Assembly: GCF_048593235.1 (NCBI RefSeq)
Contig: NC_133620.1
Coordinates: forward strand, 216,444,852 to 216,508,851
Source of the DNA: Sminthopsis crassicaudata
Lineage: Eukaryota
Reading direction: 5' to 3'
DNA length: 64,000 nt
The notes under the pieces are model-generated. The model was given only the letters and a program-made list of their open reading frames with translations. It was not told where the DNA came from and did no database searches. Below are positions 62,730 through 64,000 of this stretch, piece by piece (the stretch's first letter is position 1; each line of letters begins with the position of its first letter). The position numbers were made by a program, and so were the translations under genes.

Positions 62730-63210
62730 TCTGACTATTTCACCTTTTTTTCCCCTTAGAAAGTTTCAGTTGCTCACTATTGCCTTAAGGATTAACCTTT
62801 GGCATTTTAAACTCTTCATAATCTGGCTCCCATTCTACTTTTCTGGTCTTATTCCCTAGTAGTTTTCCTTAACCAATTTGTGTTATAGTCAAAATGATTT
62901 CTTACTCCTAGAACATGATATCCCATTTCTCATCGCCATATCTTTGTCCAAATTATTCTTCATGCCTAGAAAGCTTCACCTGTTTAACTCTGTTTCTTAT
63001 AATTTCTAGTTCTATTTAAGGCTACACTCAGGAGTCATCTTCTAAACAAGGTCTTACCTCATTTTTCTATTAATTAGTATGTCTCTTCCTGAAATTATTT
63101 TCTATATATTTTGTCTTAGTTTTCCATATATTATGTCATTTACCCAAATCAAACGTTAAGCTTCTTGAAAGCAACAATCATTTCACTTTTGTTTTTCTAT
63201 GCCTTGCTGT
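62730..63210 (+). mobile_element. L2 3' region
   Basis: ttgctcactattgccttaagg...tggcattttaaactcttcataatctggctccc...aagcttcttgaaagcaac. Confidence 0.6.
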
Positions 63211-64000
63211 GTTAAGTGGCTGGTACTTTTTGCCCAGATTTATAATTCCATTGATGCAGAAAACTTGCACTACCAATGCAGATCAGCTTGCACTTATAGT
63301 CTTAAGAGATTTCCCTGAGGCACTGTGAAATTAAATGATTTACTTTGGGTAATACAATCAGTATAGGTCAGGGGAGAGATTTGAACTCAGGAATTCCTCA
63401 CCTGTCAGCTCTCTAACCACTGATATCAAACTCTAATAGAATCAGGGCCTCTAAACCATACATAAGGATNNNNNNNNNNNNNNNNNNNNNNNNNNNNNNN
63501 NNNNNNNNNNNNNNNNNNNNNNNNNNNNNNNNNNNNNNNNNNNNNNNNNNNNNNNNNNNNNNNNNNNNNNNNNNNNNNNNNNNNNNNNNNNNNNNNNNNN
63601 NNNNNNNNNNNNNNTGTATTTTTTCATCTGTTCTAAATGCTATACCATCACAAGTCTTGTTGATTGAAAAGACTTTAATTTTTTCTTCTTCTGTTGTGTG
63701 CCAACAGTATCTTGAATATAAAATAGCTATTAACAAATGATCTTTGAATCAAATTGAATTGAGTAAGGCACAGTTCTTGTAGCATTCTCAGGAATTATTT
63801 TTCTTTTCTCTTTTTAAGTAAAATTGACTACTCTCAATTACCACATGTATAATTTCTTGTCTAGCCCTAAGCCCCATTGGGAACTCCAGGCTAGCCCATC
63901 TGATAAATTGGTTCCTAAGAATTTGCTTAAATTTCTTGCTTCACTATCTCTCTGACATTGTCTTTCTGGCGACTGTCTTTTCTCTGCCTTCTGTTCTGCT

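Overview
Eukaryotic, AT-rich, strongly CpG-depleted marsupial genomic DNA with six assembly gaps. WSINE1-, MAR1- and Mar3-type SINEs point to an Australian marsupial, plausibly a dasyurid such as the Tasmanian devil (inference). The window holds the 3' end of EPHA7 on the + strand: the last three coding exons (7398-7591, 8631-8786, 11306-11420; kinase C-terminus, SAM domain, terminal GIQV PDZ-binding motif) and a 3' UTR of about 3-3.5 kb. The remaining ~49 kb is gene-poor flank filled with L1, L2, RTE, MIR-family SINEs, hAT MITEs and microsatellites; a solo LTR sits in the upstream intron. I found no CRISPR array, rRNA, tRNA or recognisable viral ORF. The most interesting unexplained structures are: (1) an ungapped 78+78 bp ancient palindrome in the kinase/SAM intron; (2) an in-frame candidate alternative terminal exon that would truncate the SAM domain and remove the PDZ motif; (3) three independent L1 copies 5'-truncated at nearly the same ORF2 position; (4) a well-formed antisense exon at 33.1 kb. 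Repeat family names are recognised from memory, not from a database search, and most repeat boundaries are approximate.
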